DNA of 35,930 nucleotides from an uncultured Caulobacteraceae bacterium (GCA_964484435.1 CAZAGL010000001.1:1-35930); one strand, 5' to 3'; positions 8,952-19,589 are shown, numbered from the stretch's first letter. Made by a program: numbers and translations. Notes: generated by a model not told the origin, from the letters alone.

Positions 8952-9896
8952 ATGAACAGGCGTTTCATCCTGGCCGGCATGGCGCTCACGGGGCTGGCCC
9001 CGCTTGGGCCCGATCTGGCCGCCGCGCAAGCCCAAGCACCAATTGCGCGCGGTGAATTCATCCGCCTCGATGCCTTCCCCTCGCAATCTGTGGCGGCGCG
9101 GCGGGTGGATATTTGGCTGCCGCCCGATTATGCTAAGGGCAAAAAGCGCTCTCGCGTGCTGTACATGCACGATGGGCAAAACCTGTTCGATCCCGCCAAT
9201 TCCACCTGGAACAAGATCTGGGCCGTCGATCAGCATGTTCTCCAGCTCCGTGCCGATCGGAAAATCGAGGACGTGATCCTTGTCGGCATCTGGAACACGC
9301 CGCTGCGCACGCGCGAATACGCGCCCGCCGATCTGGTGGCGCTGTTGCCCGATGCCCTGCAAGACAAGATGCGCGCCTATGCCGGCGGGCCGATCCTTTC
9401 CGATGGCTATGCTGATTTCCTGGCACTGGAGCTGAAGCCCTATATCGAGGCCAATTACCGCACGAGGCGCGGGTCTGAGCATCATGTTCTGATGGGCTCC
9501 AGCATGGGCGGCCTGATTTCGCTTTATGCGCTGATGCGCCATCCGCGCGCGTTCGGGGCCGCGGCCTGCCTTTCCACGCATTGGCCGCTTTCGGTGCCCG
9601 CCCGCGGCGGCTGGGATGAGGCCGATTGGCGCGCCGCCATCATCGCCGCCGAGCGCGCCTTCGTGCTGAACAGCGCCCTCGATCCCGAGCGGCATCGCCT
9701 GTATTTCGATTACGGCACCCAGACGCTGGATGGTGCCTATGAGCCCTATCAGCAGCAGGTGGATCAGGCGCTGGCCGCCAAGGGCTTTCGCTTTGGCCGG
9801 AACTGGGTGACGCAGCGCTTTCCCGGCGCTGCGCATGAGGAAAATTCCTGGAACGCCCGCCTCGATACGCCGCTGCTATTTCTGTTGGGCGCGTGA
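8952..9896 (+). CDS. Secreted alpha/beta-hydrolase of the 'putative esterase' family (PF00756-like)
   Basis: The start at ATG 8952 gives 'MNRRFILAGMALTGLAPLGPDLAAAQA', a Tat/Sec-like signal. The family motif 'VLYMHDGQNLFD', the nucleophile elbow 'GSSMGG' and a C-terminal His ('GAAHEE') are present. Confidence 0.7.
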   Translation: MNRRFILAGMALTGLAPLGPDLAAAQAQAPIARGEFIRLDAFPSQSVAARRVDIWLPPDYAKGKKRSRVLYMHDGQNLFDPANSTWNKIWAVDQHVLQLRADRKIEDVILVGIWNTPLRTREYAPADLVALLPDALQDKMRAYAGGPILSDGYADFLALELKPYIEANYRTRRGSEHHVLMGSSMGGLISLYALMRHPRAFGAAACLSTHWPLSVPARGGWDEADWRAAIIAAERAFVLNSALDPERHRLYFDYGTQTLDGAYEPYQQQVDQALAAKGFRFGRNWVTQRFPGAAHEENSWNARLDTPLLFLLGA

Positions 9897-11243
9897 GGAG
9901 GCGCGCGCCTCCCCCCAATGCAGGAAGGCCGCCGCCAACGCCCCCAAAGCCAACACGCCCAGGCCGATTATAGCCCCCTGACGCACATACAAAATGCTGG
10001 AATAGACCATATAGCCGCCCGCGCTGGCGAAGATCAGGGGGGCCAGGGGAAATAGCGGCGTGCGGAACGGCCGCTCGATCTTGGGCAGGCGCACGCGCAG
10101 CACGATCACCGCCAGGCCGCTCAAGCTCAAAAACAGCCAGTAAACCGGCGCGGTATAATCCACCAAGGTGCGAAAACCCTCGAGGCTGATCGCCCCCATG
10201 CCAACCAGCGCCAAAGCCACCAGGCATTGCGCGATGGAGGCGGATCGGGCCACACCCGATTTGGCATCGAAACCGGCCAGGAACCGCAATTGGGGCCAAT
10301 CGGCGGCGGCCGCGAACGTCGTGCGCGAGCCGGCGATCACCGTGGCGTTGATCGAGGTGATCACCGCGGCAAAGACGATGCCCAAGATCAGGATCTGCCC
10401 GATTTCGCCCATCCCCTTTTCCACGACGGCATAAGCGGGGGCCGCCGCCTGCGCCAGCCCGCCAAAGCCCAGCCCATAGGCCAAAGCCGCATTGACCGCC
10501 AGATAGAGGGCCGTGATGATGCCGAGGCTGATGATCAGCAAAGGCAGCATGGCCTTGGGCCCGCCGCGCAAATCGGCCGAAAGCGTAGTCACCTCGTTCC
10601 AGCCGCCATAAGCCAGCAAAACCAGCACCAGGGCCTGGCCAAAATGCAAAGGCGCAGGCGGGGCTTGCGCCTCATTCGGCGGCGCGATCTGCCCGGCCGC
10701 CAAAAATCCGGCCAATATGACCACAGCCAGGCCCAGCAACAGCGCCCAAGTCAGCCATTCTTGCGCCTCCACGCCGGCGCTGAGCTTGCGCAGGTTCAGC
10801 CCCGTCACCGCTAGCACGGCAATCGCCGCATAGATGGCCGGGCCATATGGCCCCAAGGGCAGCACGGCTTGCAGATAATCGCCCAGCACAAAGCCCAGCA
10901 AAGCCAAGGAGCCGGTATTGACCACCAGGAAGCGCGCCCAGGCGAACAAGAATCCCATCGTGCGCCCATAGGCCAAGCGCAGAAAATGATAATCTCCGCC
11001 GCGATTGGGAAAGGCGGCGCACAGCTCGGCGTAACACAGCCCGCCAATCAGGCTGATAACGCCCCCCAAGGCCCATAGACCCAGCAGCCAAACGACATCC
11101 GGCGTGTTTTGCGCCACGGCCGTCGGGCTTTTGAAGATGCCCGCGCCCACCACCATGCCCACGGCCATGGCCACGCCCGCCCACAGGCCAAGATGGCCTT
11201 CAGCACCAGAAGTTCGCGAGGCATCAGAAATCTGCGCACCCAA
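9876..11243 (-). CDS. APC-superfamily amino acid/polyamine permease
   Basis: The 455-aa protein has about 12 TM segments and an N-terminal 'VGMVVGAGIFKSP' motif typical of APC transporters. The track start is a TTG codon and the exact start is uncertain. The 3' end overlaps the convergent esterase gene by 21 bp. Confidence 0.8.
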   Translation of the reverse strand: MGAQISDASRTSGAEGHLGLWAGVAMAVGMVVGAGIFKSPTAVAQNTPDVVWLLGLWALGGVISLIGGLCYAELCAAFPNRGGDYHFLRLAYGRTMGFLFAWARFLVVNTGSLALLGFVLGDYLQAVLPLGPYGPAIYAAIAVLAVTGLNLRKLSAGVEAQEWLTWALLLGLAVVILAGFLAAGQIAPPNEAQAPPAPLHFGQALVLVLLAYGGWNEVTTLSADLRGGPKAMLPLLIISLGIITALYLAVNAALAYGLGFGGLAQAAAPAYAVVEKGMGEIGQILILGIVFAAVITSINATVIAGSRTTFAAAADWPQLRFLAGFDAKSGVARSASIAQCLVALALVGMGAISLEGFRTLVDYTAPVYWLFLSLSGLAVIVLRVRLPKIERPFRTPLFPLAPLIFASAGGYMVYSSILYVRQGAIIGLGVLALGALAAAFLHWGEARASSRAQQK

Positions 11244-11359
11244 TGTTAAGTATTACTGTGTGGTTTGGCAGGCACGGCCCCGCTGCGATCGTCAACCTTT
11301 CGCAAGGGAATGTTGCGTCAAGCTCCCAAAACAGGTTAGAGCACGGATAGATTGCCCAA

Positions 11360-13795
11360 ATGATGATGGATATTGCCCCCATGCGCACGCAAATCGCTTA
11401 TATCGCCGCGTTCAGCTTTTTTGCGCTGTGCGACGGGGCGCTGGCGCAGACGGCCAATAGCGATGAAATCGTGGTGCTGGGCTCGCGCACCAAAGAGCGC
11501 ACCGCGCTCGATACGCCCGTGCCCGTCGATACCTTCAGCGCCGAGGCGCTGGCCAATGCCGGCGTGGTGGGCAATGAGCTTGGCCAGGCACTGGCCATTT
11601 CGGCACCCTCCTTCAATTTTCCGCGCCAATCCAATTCCGGCACGTCCGATTCGGTGCGGGCCGGCCAGCTGCGCGGGCTTAGCCCCGATCAACTGCTGGT
11701 GTTGGTTAACGGGCGGCGCATCCACACCTCGTCCGTCGTCAATAGCGAAACCAAGATCGGGCGCGGCGTCGCGGCCGTGGATTTCAACACCTTGCCCTTG
11801 GGCGGCGTGAAGCGGGTAGAGGTGCTGCGCGACGGCGCGGGCGCGCAATACGGCTCGGATGCCATTGCCGGCGTCATCAATGTGGTGCTGGATGATCGGC
11901 CAAGCGGCTTCGAGCTGACGGGCAGCTATGGCACGCAGATCACCCGCGTCGATCCGATCAACCAGACCCTCTCGGACGGGGAGCAATACGTGTTCGAGGC
12001 CGAAGGCGGCGTGCCGATCTTCGAGCGCGGCTTTATCCGTTTCGGCGGCGAATACATCAATCGCAATGCCACCAACCGCGCCGGCTTTGATCAGATCCCC
12101 TTCTTCGTGGATCAAACACCGGCCAATCTGGCTTTGCAGGGCCAGCGCAATTATTTCGAGGGCGATCCCGAAACCGAAACCTATAATCTGTGGCTCAATT
12201 CGGAAGTGCCGATCGGCGCGGCCACGATCTACACCTTCGGCACGTTTGGCCAGCGCCAGACGGAAGGCGGCCTGTTTTTCCGCTATCCCGATGCCTTCGA
12301 TAATGTGCGGGCGGTTTATCCCAACGGCTATCTGCCGCGCACCACGGGCGACAATCTCGATTTCAACATTTCCAGCGGGGTGCAATTTCCCTTGGCCGGC
12401 TTTGCCGCCGATCTCGGAATCACCTATGGCAAAAACCGTTTTGAATATGGCGTCGTCAACTCGCTGAACCCATCCTTGGGCGCACAAAGCCCCACGCAAT
12501 TTCGCTCCGCCGCGTATGAAAACGGCCAGCTCAGCGTCAATTTTGACGTATCGCGCGATCTCGGCGCTTTGGCCCTGCTTGGCGAAGTCAGCATCGCCGG
12601 CGGCGCGGAATATCGGCGCGAGGGCTTCCAAAGCTCAGCCGGTGAGCCGGCCTCCTTCCAGGCCGGCCCGTTCGATCTCGCCATCGGCGCGCAGGGCGCG
12701 CCGGGCCTGACCCCGCAGGACACGCGCGACATCAGCCGTGACGTTTTTGCCGTCTACGGAGAAATCTCGGCCGATCCAACGCCGAAACTTCAGCTTTCCG
12801 CCTCGGGGCGCTATGAATGGTATTCCGATTTCGGTTCCACCGGCTCGGGCAAGGGCTCCATCCGCTATGAAATCGTGCCGCAATTGGCCATTCGCGGGGC
12901 GTTGGGCAACACCATCCGCGCGCCCAATCTGGCGCAGATCGGCTTTGCCGATCGTTCCACCAATTTCGGCGATAACCGGGCCTTGATCTCCACGCGCACG
13001 GTGCCGGTCAGTGATCCGATCGCGCGCGCGCTGGGCGCGCAGGATCTGCGCCAGGAGCGCGCCTTCAGCGCCAGCGCCGGTTTTGTGCTCAATCTGGCCA
13101 GCAATTTCACCGCGACCTTGGATGCCTTCCGGGTCCGGGTGAATGATCGCGTGACGCTTTCCGAGCGCCTGTTCGGCAGCGCCATCGAAACCGCCATCGC
13201 CTCCCTGCCCGGCGGCGCGGGCACACAAAGCGTGCGCTTTTTCACCAACGCGGTCGATACGCGCACGTTTGGCGTCGATGCGGTGCTAACCTACAAGGCA
13301 CAGGTTTTTGGCGGCGATCTTGGCCTTTCCGGTGCCTTCAATTATTCGCGGACGGATGTCACGGATTTTGCAGCGACAACCCCGCAATTGCGGGCCCTCG
13401 ATCCGACCTTGGCGCTGATCGGCGTGGAAGAACTCAACACCCTGCAAACCGCCACCCCGCGCACCAAGCTGATCCTCTCTTCCACCTATGCCAAGGGCCA
13501 ATGGGATGGGCTGATCCGGCTGTCGCGCTTCGGCAGCGCCGAGCGGGTGTTCAACTTTGGCGGCGGCTTTGAGCCGTCCCAGCGCTATGGTGCGGAATGG
13601 GCGCTCGATGTGGAGGCCGCGCGCCGCTTCGGGGAGCATCTGCGCCTCTCCATCGGCGGTCAAAATCTGGCCGATAATTATCCCGATCCCTCCAGCGCGG
13701 ATATCAACTTCTTTGGCAATCTGCCCTTTGACATCCTCTCCCCCATCGGGGTGAACGGGCGCTATGTCTATGTGAAGGCCAAATTGAGCTATTGA
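11360..13795 (+). CDS. TonB-dependent outer-membrane receptor
   Basis: The signal peptide is 'AAFSFFALCDGALAQ'. A TonB-box-like 'DEIVVLGSR' follows. Plug-domain motifs are 'LRGLSPDQLLVLVNGRR' and 'VEVLRDGAGAQYGSDAIAGVINVV'. A long beta-barrel ends in an aromatic residue ('VKAKLSY'). Confidence 0.9.
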   Translation: MMMDIAPMRTQIAYIAAFSFFALCDGALAQTANSDEIVVLGSRTKERTALDTPVPVDTFSAEALANAGVVGNELGQALAISAPSFNFPRQSNSGTSDSVRAGQLRGLSPDQLLVLVNGRRIHTSSVVNSETKIGRGVAAVDFNTLPLGGVKRVEVLRDGAGAQYGSDAIAGVINVVLDDRPSGFELTGSYGTQITRVDPINQTLSDGEQYVFEAEGGVPIFERGFIRFGGEYINRNATNRAGFDQIPFFVDQTPANLALQGQRNYFEGDPETETYNLWLNSEVPIGAATIYTFGTFGQRQTEGGLFFRYPDAFDNVRAVYPNGYLPRTTGDNLDFNISSGVQFPLAGFAADLGITYGKNRFEYGVVNSLNPSLGAQSPTQFRSAAYENGQLSVNFDVSRDLGALALLGEVSIAGGAEYRREGFQSSAGEPASFQAGPFDLAIGAQGAPGLTPQDTRDISRDVFAVYGEISADPTPKLQLSASGRYEWYSDFGSTGSGKGSIRYEIVPQLAIRGALGNTIRAPNLAQIGFADRSTNFGDNRALISTRTVPVSDPIARALGAQDLRQERAFSASAGFVLNLASNFTATLDAFRVRVNDRVTLSERLFGSAIETAIASLPGGAGTQSVRFFTNAVDTRTFGVDAVLTYKAQVFGGDLGLSGAFNYSRTDVTDFAATTPQLRALDPTLALIGVEELNTLQTATPRTKLILSSTYAKGQWDGLIRLSRFGSAERVFNFGGGFEPSQRYGAEWALDVEAARRFGEHLRLSIGGQNLADNYPDPSSADINFFGNLPFDILSPIGVNGRYVYVKAKLSY

Positions 13796-13863
13796 TGCCC
13801 CCAAAAGGGCCGCGTTGCCGCGAGGGCCTGTCTGAATGTTGTTGACGAAGCGCTTGTGCGTAC

Positions 13864-14325
13864 GTGTTGCTGATGCGCCGCGATGAAGCCCTCAAGCGCC
13901 TTCGACAGCACCGTGCCCGCTTAACCGCGCTTGGGGTGGCGCACGCCTACCTTTTCGGCTCGGTCGCGCGCGATCAAGCCGATGAAGGCAGCGATATCGA
14001 TGTGATCGTAGATACACCCGACGGCACCGCCCCCGGACTTTTCGCACTCGCCCGCATCTCGCAAGAACTGGAGCATGTCCTGGGCCGGCCCGTCGATGTG
14101 ATCTCGCAGCGCGGCCTTGATCACGCCGTGGATTTCAAACACCGCATAGCCAATGACCTCATCGATGTCTTTTGCATCAGACCGATAATCAAGGCCCTTC
14201 AGGCCCGCAGGGCAGCGCAGGCGCGGGCCCGGTCAGTAATTCCCGCCCAATCGCCGGCCGCGATCGCCGCATCCGTGGCGATCCAGGAGCCGCCAACGCA
14301 CACGACATTGGCCAGCGCCAGATAA
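13864..14325 (+). CDS. Minimal nucleotidyltransferase (MNT/MntA-type, Pol-beta superfamily) with a non-conserved C-terminal extension
   Basis: The motif 'LFGSVARDQADEGSDIDVIV' is the GSxxRG...SDxD NTase signature. The recognisable domain ends at 'NDLIDVF' (nt 14172). The ORF then continues 50 more codons, antisense into the 3' end of eda. Possible starts are GTG 13864 or ATG 13873. No HEPN/DUF86 partner follows. Confidence 0.6.
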   Translation: MLLMRRDEALKRLRQHRARLTALGVAHAYLFGSVARDQADEGSDIDVIVDTPDGTAPGLFALARISQELEHVLGRPVDVISQRGLDHAVDFKHRIANDLIDVFCIRPIIKALQARRAAQARARSVIPAQSPAAIAASVAIQEPPTHTTLASAR

Positions 14326-14822
14326 TCTGGCGCGCTTTCGAGGCTGATGCCGCCCGTCGGGCAAAAGCGCAGATCCGGCAAGGGCCCGGCCAGGCTCTTG
14401 AGCAGAGCCCGCCCGCCCGCCGCCTCGGCGGGAAACAGTTTCAACAGCCGAAAGCCCGCATCGCGAGCCAGCATGGCCTCCGAAGCGGTGGCCACACCGG
14501 GCAGCAAGGGCGCGGGGCAATCGCGTGCGGCCTGCGCCAAGGCCGGGGTCAGCCCGGGGCTGACCAGGAAATGCGCGCCCGCCTCGGCGGCACCATAGGC
14601 ATCGGCCGCGCTCAAAATCGTCCCGGCCCCCAGCGCCATCTGCGGCACCTCACCCGCCACGCGGCGGATGGCCTCCAAAGCCGCCGGCGTGCGCAAGGTG
14701 ATCTCGATCGCGCCGATGCCCCCGGCCAAGAGCGCGCGGGCCAGAAGCGGCGCAGAGGCCGCATCGGCGATGGTCACCACCGGCATGACCGGCGAAAGCG
14801 CCAGCATCTGTTCCAGGATCAT
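14199..14822 (-). CDS. eda: 2-keto-3-deoxy-6-phosphogluconate (KDPG) aldolase
   Basis: The 207-aa protein contains 'VVTIADAA.A..LARALLAGGI.AIEITLRTPAALEAI', 'GAGTIL' and 'LKLFPA', typical of Eda-family aldolases. It is the last gene of the zwf-edd-glk-eda series and overlaps glk by 4 bp. Confidence 0.9.
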   Translation of the reverse strand: MILEQMLALSPVMPVVTIADAASAPLLARALLAGGIGAIEITLRTPAALEAIRRVAGEVPQMALGAGTILSAADAYGAAEAGAHFLVSPGLTPALAQAARDCPAPLLPGVATASEAMLARDAGFRLLKLFPAEAAGGRALLKSLAGPLPDLRFCPTGGISLESAPDYLALANVVCVGGSWIATDAAIAAGDWAGITDRARACAALRA

Positions 14823-15784
14823 GCCATTTCCCCTTCATGCGCCATTAATGCCGCCGCGCAGCCCACCATCGCCAAATCGGATCGCAGCACGCAATAGCTG
14901 GGAATGGGCGTGACGAAATAGGAAAGGCGGCCTTTGTCCTCGAAACGGGCTCGAAAGCGGCTGGCCCTGAGGAAATCCAGCATGTTGGGCGCGATGCCCC
15001 CGGCGATGAACACGCCCGATTCCGCGCCATAGAGCAGGGCCAGATCGCCCGATACCGCGCCCAATACCGCGCAAAACCGCTCCAACGCCAAAAGCGCGAT
15101 GCCATCCGTGCCATCCAAGGCGCGCCGCGTCACCTCTTCGGGGCTGAGCTTGCGGGCGCTGCCCGCCTCTTGCGCGAAAAAGGCATCCATATCCGCCAGG
15201 CCTGGCCCCGAGAGCAGCCGCTCCACCGAAACCCGCCCGTAAAGCGGTCGCAGATAGGCCAAGAGGTGGTCTTCGATCTCATCGCCGGGTGCAAAAGCCG
15301 TGTGGCCGCCCTCGCCCTGCACAGCATAATCGCCCACCAGGGCGCTGACACCAAAGCCCGTGCCCGGCCCGCAAATGGCCCGCACCGGCTGCGCGCCTGG
15401 CGCGGGCGCATCGGGCCCGCCCATCGGGGCCAGCTCTTCCCCGGCCAGAACCGGCAAGGCCATGGCATTGGCAGTAAAATCATTGATCAAGCGCACCCGG
15501 GCAAAGCCAAAGCCCTCGGCGATGTCGCGCGCGGAAAACCCCCAGCCCGTATTGGTGAAGCGGATGGCCTGGCCGCGCACGGGGCCGGCAACCGCGAAGG
15601 CGGCGGCCTGCGGCAAATCCTGGCCAAGGCCGTGCGCGTAATGCTGCAAAGCCTGGGCCAGATTGGGAAAATCCGCGCAGCGCAGCGCCTTGATTTTCGC
15701 CAGATTGACGCGCCCATTTTCAAAGCTGGCATAAGCAAAACGGGCATTGGTGCCGCCGATATCCCCGACAATGGCCTCGATCAT
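14819..15784 (-). CDS. glk: Glucokinase
   Basis: The N-terminal ATP-binding motif is '[13 protein letters not shown]'. It is followed by 'AVAGPV', 'TNTGW' and 'LINDFTANA', typical of bacterial Glk. It overlaps edd by 4 bp. Confidence 0.9.
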   Translation of the reverse strand: MIEAIVGDIGGTNARFAYASFENGRVNLAKIKALRCADFPNLAQALQHYAHGLGQDLPQAAAFAVAGPVRGQAIRFTNTGWGFSARDIAEGFGFARVRLINDFTANAMALPVLAGEELAPMGGPDAPAPGAQPVRAICGPGTGFGVSALVGDYAVQGEGGHTAFAPGDEIEDHLLAYLRPLYGRVSVERLLSGPGLADMDAFFAQEAGSARKLSPEEVTRRALDGTDGIALLALERFCAVLGAVSGDLALLYGAESGVFIAGGIAPNMLDFLRASRFRARFEDKGRLSYFVTPIPSYCVLRSDLAMVGCAAALMAHEGEMA

Positions 15785-17592
15785 GATCCGCCCCAGGCAT
15801 CGAACACGCTGGCCCCCGTCTCGGCCCCGCTCACCTTCTCGCGAAACGGCGCGAACAATTCCCGGCCGAGGCCTGCACCCGGCTGGCTATGGCGCACCGC
15901 ATCGCGGCTGGCAAACTCGGCGGGATCGACCTGCACGTCCAGGATGCCGCGCTCGGCATCCAGAAGGATGATGTCGCCATCGCGCACCCGGGCCAAAGGC
16001 CCGCCGCCATCGGCCTCGGGCGTGACGTGCAGCGCCGCGGGCGTCTTGCCCGATGCCCCCGACATCCGCCCATCGGTGACCAACGCCACCTTGAAGCCGC
16101 GATCCTGCAACAGGCCAAGCTGCGGCGAGAGCTTGTGCAATTCGGGCATGCCATTGGCCCGCGGCCCCTGAAACCGGATCACGGCCACATGATCGCGCTC
16201 CAGCCGGCCGGCATTGAAGGCCGCGATGAAATCTTCCTGATCGTGGAAAACCAAGGCCGGGGCGCGCACCAAGCGGTGCGGGGCCGCCACGGCCGAGGTT
16301 TTGATCACGGCCCGGCCCAGATTGCCGGCCAGCAGGCGGATGCCGCCATCACCCGCGAAGGGATCGGCCATTGCGCGCAGCACGTCGCGATCCAGGCTGG
16401 CTTTGGGCGCGTCCCGCCAGGCCAGCACCTCTCCATCCAGGAAGGGCTCGCGCGTGTAGGCCTCAAGGCCCTGGCCCGCCACGCTGGCGACATCGCCATG
16501 CATCAGGCCGGCACCCAGCAATTCGCGCAGCAAAAAGCCCATGCCGCCGGCGGCATGGAAATGATTCACATCCGCTGATCCATTGGGATAGATCCGGCAC
16601 AGCAACGGCGTGATGGCCGAAAGCTCGGCAAAATCCGTCCAGTCGATCAAAACGCCGGCCGCGCGCGCCATGGCCACGAGGTGCAGCGTGTGATTGGTCG
16701 AGCCGCCGGTGGCCAACAGGCCGACCACCCCATTGACGATGGCCCGCGCATCGATCATCGCGCCCATTCCGGGCCCGCCTTCTCTGGCCAGGGCCACCGC
16801 TTTGTGCGCCGCCGCGCGCGTCAAGGCCTCGCGCAGCGGCGTGCCGGGATTGACGAAGGCCGCCCCCGGCAAATGCAAGCCCATGGCCTCCATCAGCATT
16901 TGGTTGGAATTGGCCGTGCCGTAAAAGGTGCAGGTGCCGGCCGAGTGATAGGATTGGCTCTCGGCGGCCAGCAGGGCCTCGCGGTCCACTTTGCCTTCTG
17001 CATAGAGCGCACGGATGGCAGCCTTTTCCTTGTTGGGCAGGCCAGAGGGCATGGGCCCGGCCGGCGCGAACACGATGGGCAAATGCCCAAAACTCAACGC
17101 CCCGATGAACAGGCCCGGGACGATCTTATCGCACACGCCCAGCAGAATCGCGCCATCAAACGCATCGTGAGAGAGCGCAACGGCCGTGGCCATGGCGATC
17201 ACATCGCGCGAAAACAGCGAAAGCTCCATGCCCGGCTGGCCCTGGGTGACACCGTCGCACATGGCCGGAACGCCGCCGGCCACTTGCGCCGCGGCCTTGA
17301 CCTCGCGCGCGGCCGCCTTGATCAAATCGGGATAGGTGGCAAACGGCTGATGCGCCGAGAGCATGTCATTATACGCCGTGACAATGCCCAGATTGACCGG
17401 CCCCGCGCTGCTCTGTTTGGGCTTATCCGCCGCCGGGGACGCGGCAAACACATGCGCGAGATTGGAGCACGAAAGCCGGGCCCGCGCCGGGCCGCGCCCC
17501 TTCCACGCGGCGATCTTGTCCAGATAGGCCCCGCGCGCCTCCTGGCTGCGGGCTTCGATGCGGGCGGTGATCTCAAGCAGTTTCGGATGCAT
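15781..17592 (-). CDS. edd: 6-phosphogluconate dehydratase
   Basis: The 603-aa ILVD/EDD-family protein contains 'MCDGVTQG', 'GVCDKIVPG', '[13 protein letters not shown]' and '[14 protein letters not shown]'. Its position lies between zwf and glk. Confidence 0.95.
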   Translation of the reverse strand: MHPKLLEITARIEARSQEARGAYLDKIAAWKGRGPARARLSCSNLAHVFAASPAADKPKQSSAGPVNLGIVTAYNDMLSAHQPFATYPDLIKAAAREVKAAAQVAGGVPAMCDGVTQGQPGMELSLFSRDVIAMATAVALSHDAFDGAILLGVCDKIVPGLFIGALSFGHLPIVFAPAGPMPSGLPNKEKAAIRALYAEGKVDREALLAAESQSYHSAGTCTFYGTANSNQMLMEAMGLHLPGAAFVNPGTPLREALTRAAAHKAVALAREGGPGMGAMIDARAIVNGVVGLLATGGSTNHTLHLVAMARAAGVLIDWTDFAELSAITPLLCRIYPNGSADVNHFHAAGGMGFLLRELLGAGLMHGDVASVAGQGLEAYTREPFLDGEVLAWRDAPKASLDRDVLRAMADPFAGDGGIRLLAGNLGRAVIKTSAVAAPHRLVRAPALVFHDQEDFIAAFNAGRLERDHVAVIRFQGPRANGMPELHKLSPQLGLLQDRGFKVALVTDGRMSGASGKTPAALHVTPEADGGGPLARVRDGDIILLDAERGILDVQVDPAEFASRDAVRHSQPGAGLGRELFAPFREKVSGAETGASVFDAWGGS

Positions 17593-17622
17593 GCTGGCTC
17601 CTTTACGGGCGCGCGCGGAAAA

Positions 17623-19071
17623 TCATTCTTGCCAGGAATGCTGATGGCGTTCCACCAGGCCGGCCGCCCCTTGCGGGCCCCAAGTGCCGGCGGGATAGGG
17701 TTTTGGCTCGATGCGCAGGATCTCCCAGCCCGCCACCAGGCCATCGATCCAGCCCCAGGCCGCCTCGATTTCATCGCGGCGCACGAACAATGTCGAGCGC
17801 CCCTCCAAAGCATCGAGCAGCAAACGCTCATAAGCGATGCGGCGGCGCCGATCCGCTCCCCCATAGGCCGCATCGAAAGACAGGTTCAGCGGCAATTGCC
17901 GAAGCGCCAGGCCATCGCGGGCGAGGCCCGGCGTGCTGTTCATCAATTGCAGGGAAATGCATTCATCGGGCTGCAAATCGATGATCAGGGAATTGGGAAT
18001 GATCTGGGATCTCGGGAAGATCGAATGCGGCACTTGGCGGAACTGGATGAAAACCTGGGTGCGCCGCTGCGCCAGGCGCTTGCCGGTGCGCAGATAAAAC
18101 GGCACGCCGGCCCAGCGCCAGTTATCGATATGGGCGCGGATGGCCACGAAGGTTTCGGCGCGCGCGGCAAAGCCCTCCATCTCTTCGTGATAGCCCTTGA
18201 CGGCCGCCCCGCCCACGGCCCCGGCGCGGTATTGCCCGCGCACCGTATCCTGGGCCACCGAATCTTGCGTGAACGGGCGCAGGCAGCGCAGCACCTTGAC
18301 CTTTTCATTGCGCACGGCCTCGGGATCGAGGCTGGCCGGCGGCTCCATGGCGATCAGGCAAACCAGCTGCAGCAAATGGTTCTGCACCATGTCCCGCAGG
18401 GCCCCATACTCATCGTAATAGGAGGCGCGCCCTTCAAGGCCCACCGTTTCGGCGATGGTGATCTGCACATGCTCGATCGAGTTGGCATTCCACAGGGGCT
18501 CAAACAGGGTGTTGGCGAAGCGCAGCGCCAAGAGATTTTGCACCGTCTCCTTGCCCAGATAATGATCGATGCGGAAAATCCGCTCTTCGGCGAAAACCTT
18601 GCCCACCGCCTCATTGATGGCGCGCGAGCTGATCAGATCGCGCCCGATCGGCTTTTCCAGCACGATGCGCGCGCGCTCATGCGCCAGGCCGGCCGCCGCC
18701 AGATGCCCGGCGATGGCCCCATAAACGCTGGGCGAGGTGGACAGGAAAAACGTGGTTTCCGCTTCAAGGCCGATGGCTCGGGCCAGGGCATCAAAATCGG
18801 CTTGGACGGATGCATCGATCTTGGCGAAGGCTAGGCGCGCCGCGAACGCGCCAAACACCGCCCCATCAAACCGCGCGCCGGCCCGGGCGCGCACCGCCTC
18901 TTCGACCATGGCCTGGAAGGCCGGCGCATCCATCGCGCTGCGCCCCGTGCCGAAAATGCGCAAGCCAGCAGGCAAAAGCCCCTCGGCTTCGAGGAAATAC
19001 AGCGCCGGAAACAGCATGCGGCGGGCCAAATCCCCCGTACCGCCAAAGATCACCAACGCGCGCTGCATCAT
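17623..19071 (-). CDS. zwf: Glucose-6-phosphate 1-dehydrogenase
   Basis: The NADP-binding motif is '[20 protein letters not shown]'. The active-site motif is '[13 protein letters not shown]'. 'RGQY' and the C-terminal 'YPAGTWGP' are also present. Two in-frame ATGs lie at 19071 and 19068. Confidence 0.95.
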   Translation of the reverse strand: MMQRALVIFGGTGDLARRMLFPALYFLEAEGLLPAGLRIFGTGRSAMDAPAFQAMVEEAVRARAGARFDGAVFGAFAARLAFAKIDASVQADFDALARAIGLEAETTFFLSTSPSVYGAIAGHLAAAGLAHERARIVLEKPIGRDLISSRAINEAVGKVFAEERIFRIDHYLGKETVQNLLALRFANTLFEPLWNANSIEHVQITIAETVGLEGRASYYDEYGALRDMVQNHLLQLVCLIAMEPPASLDPEAVRNEKVKVLRCLRPFTQDSVAQDTVRGQYRAGAVGGAAVKGYHEEMEGFAARAETFVAIRAHIDNWRWAGVPFYLRTGKRLAQRRTQVFIQFRQVPHSIFPRSQIIPNSLIIDLQPDECISLQLMNSTPGLARDGLALRQLPLNLSFDAAYGGADRRRRIAYERLLLDALEGRSTLFVRRDEIEAAWGWIDGLVAGWEILRIEPKPYPAGTWGPQGAAGLVERHQHSWQE

Positions 19072-19463
19072 GGAATGCCTTTTTTAGTCAAGCGCCTGAC
19101 CACGGGATCACGGTCAAATCCGATTGAGCCGGGCCCAAACGGCTTTATTCAAGAAATAGAGCATGGATCACGCGCGCCCGGAATGGCCTGATCGCGAGTT
19201 CAGCTGCGCCGCGACTGGCCGTGATTGCGGCTTGTGGCCATTGCCAAGCTCTCCACCGCCAAAAACCGCTTCCCAGGCCCCGATCAAGCCCCTAAACTGG
19301 GGGCAAGCCCATTTCGTGGAAACCCTCCCGTAGTTTTGCAACCGTTTCAAGCCCGATCCCACATTCCCCAGTTCATTCCAACCTCGCTTCGTTTTCGGTT
19401 TCCCTGTTTGCGCGAACTGTGCGCCAGCGCATGCTTTTGAAGACTGCTTGGGGTTTGTCCTGA

Positions 19464-19491
19464 ATTTCGGCGCGCATATTTCGGCGCGCAT
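19464..19491 (+). repeat. Perfect tandem duplication of a 14-bp unit (atttcggcgcgcat x2)
   Basis: Read directly from the sequence: atttcggcgcgcat|atttcggcgcgcat, inside the zwf-hexR intergenic region. Confidence 0.6.
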
Positions 19492-19589
19492 GGCAGCAAC
19501 GCCGCCCGCATCCGCCCGGTTAACCAAACCCAATACCGCATATCAAGATGTGCAAGCTTGACATCCTCCAGACAAAATCCGCGAACAGG

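Noticed and set aside
11244-11359. Possible riboswitch (cobalamin or TPP) in the leader of the TonB-dependent receptor
   Set aside because: Only 116 nt are available. I could not find a B12-box or the TPP 'CUGAGA ... ACCUGA' core. The only feature is a 9-bp AGTA-T-TACT mini-palindrome.
11336-12631. 431-aa minus-strand ORF, together with 12635-13228 and 13286-13804 on the minus strand
   Set aside because: All three are antisense to the TonB-dependent receptor, whose plug and barrel motifs are clear. None has independent motifs.
13796-13863. Rho-independent terminator after the TonB receptor gene
   Set aside because: The GC-rich segment 'gggccgcgttgccgcgagggcc' does not fold into a clean stem because the arms are not complementary beyond 4 bp. 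There is no T-run.
16681-18834. 717-aa plus-strand ORF
   Set aside because: It is antisense to edd and zwf, both of which are unambiguous. The sequence is low-complexity and Arg/Gly/Ala-rich with no recognisable domain.
19097-19116. TGACC-N10-GGTCA inverted repeat just upstream of zwf
   Set aside because: The arms are only 5 bp, the inner positions do not pair, and no second copy exists in the window. It is too weak to call an operator.
19168-19533. 121-aa minus-strand ORF and 71-aa plus-strand ORF inside the zwf-hexR intergenic region
   Set aside because: They have no RBS or start context, non-protein-like composition, lower GC without third-position bias, and no motif. I treated the region as non-coding, with a possible RNA or regulatory role listed as a finding instead.
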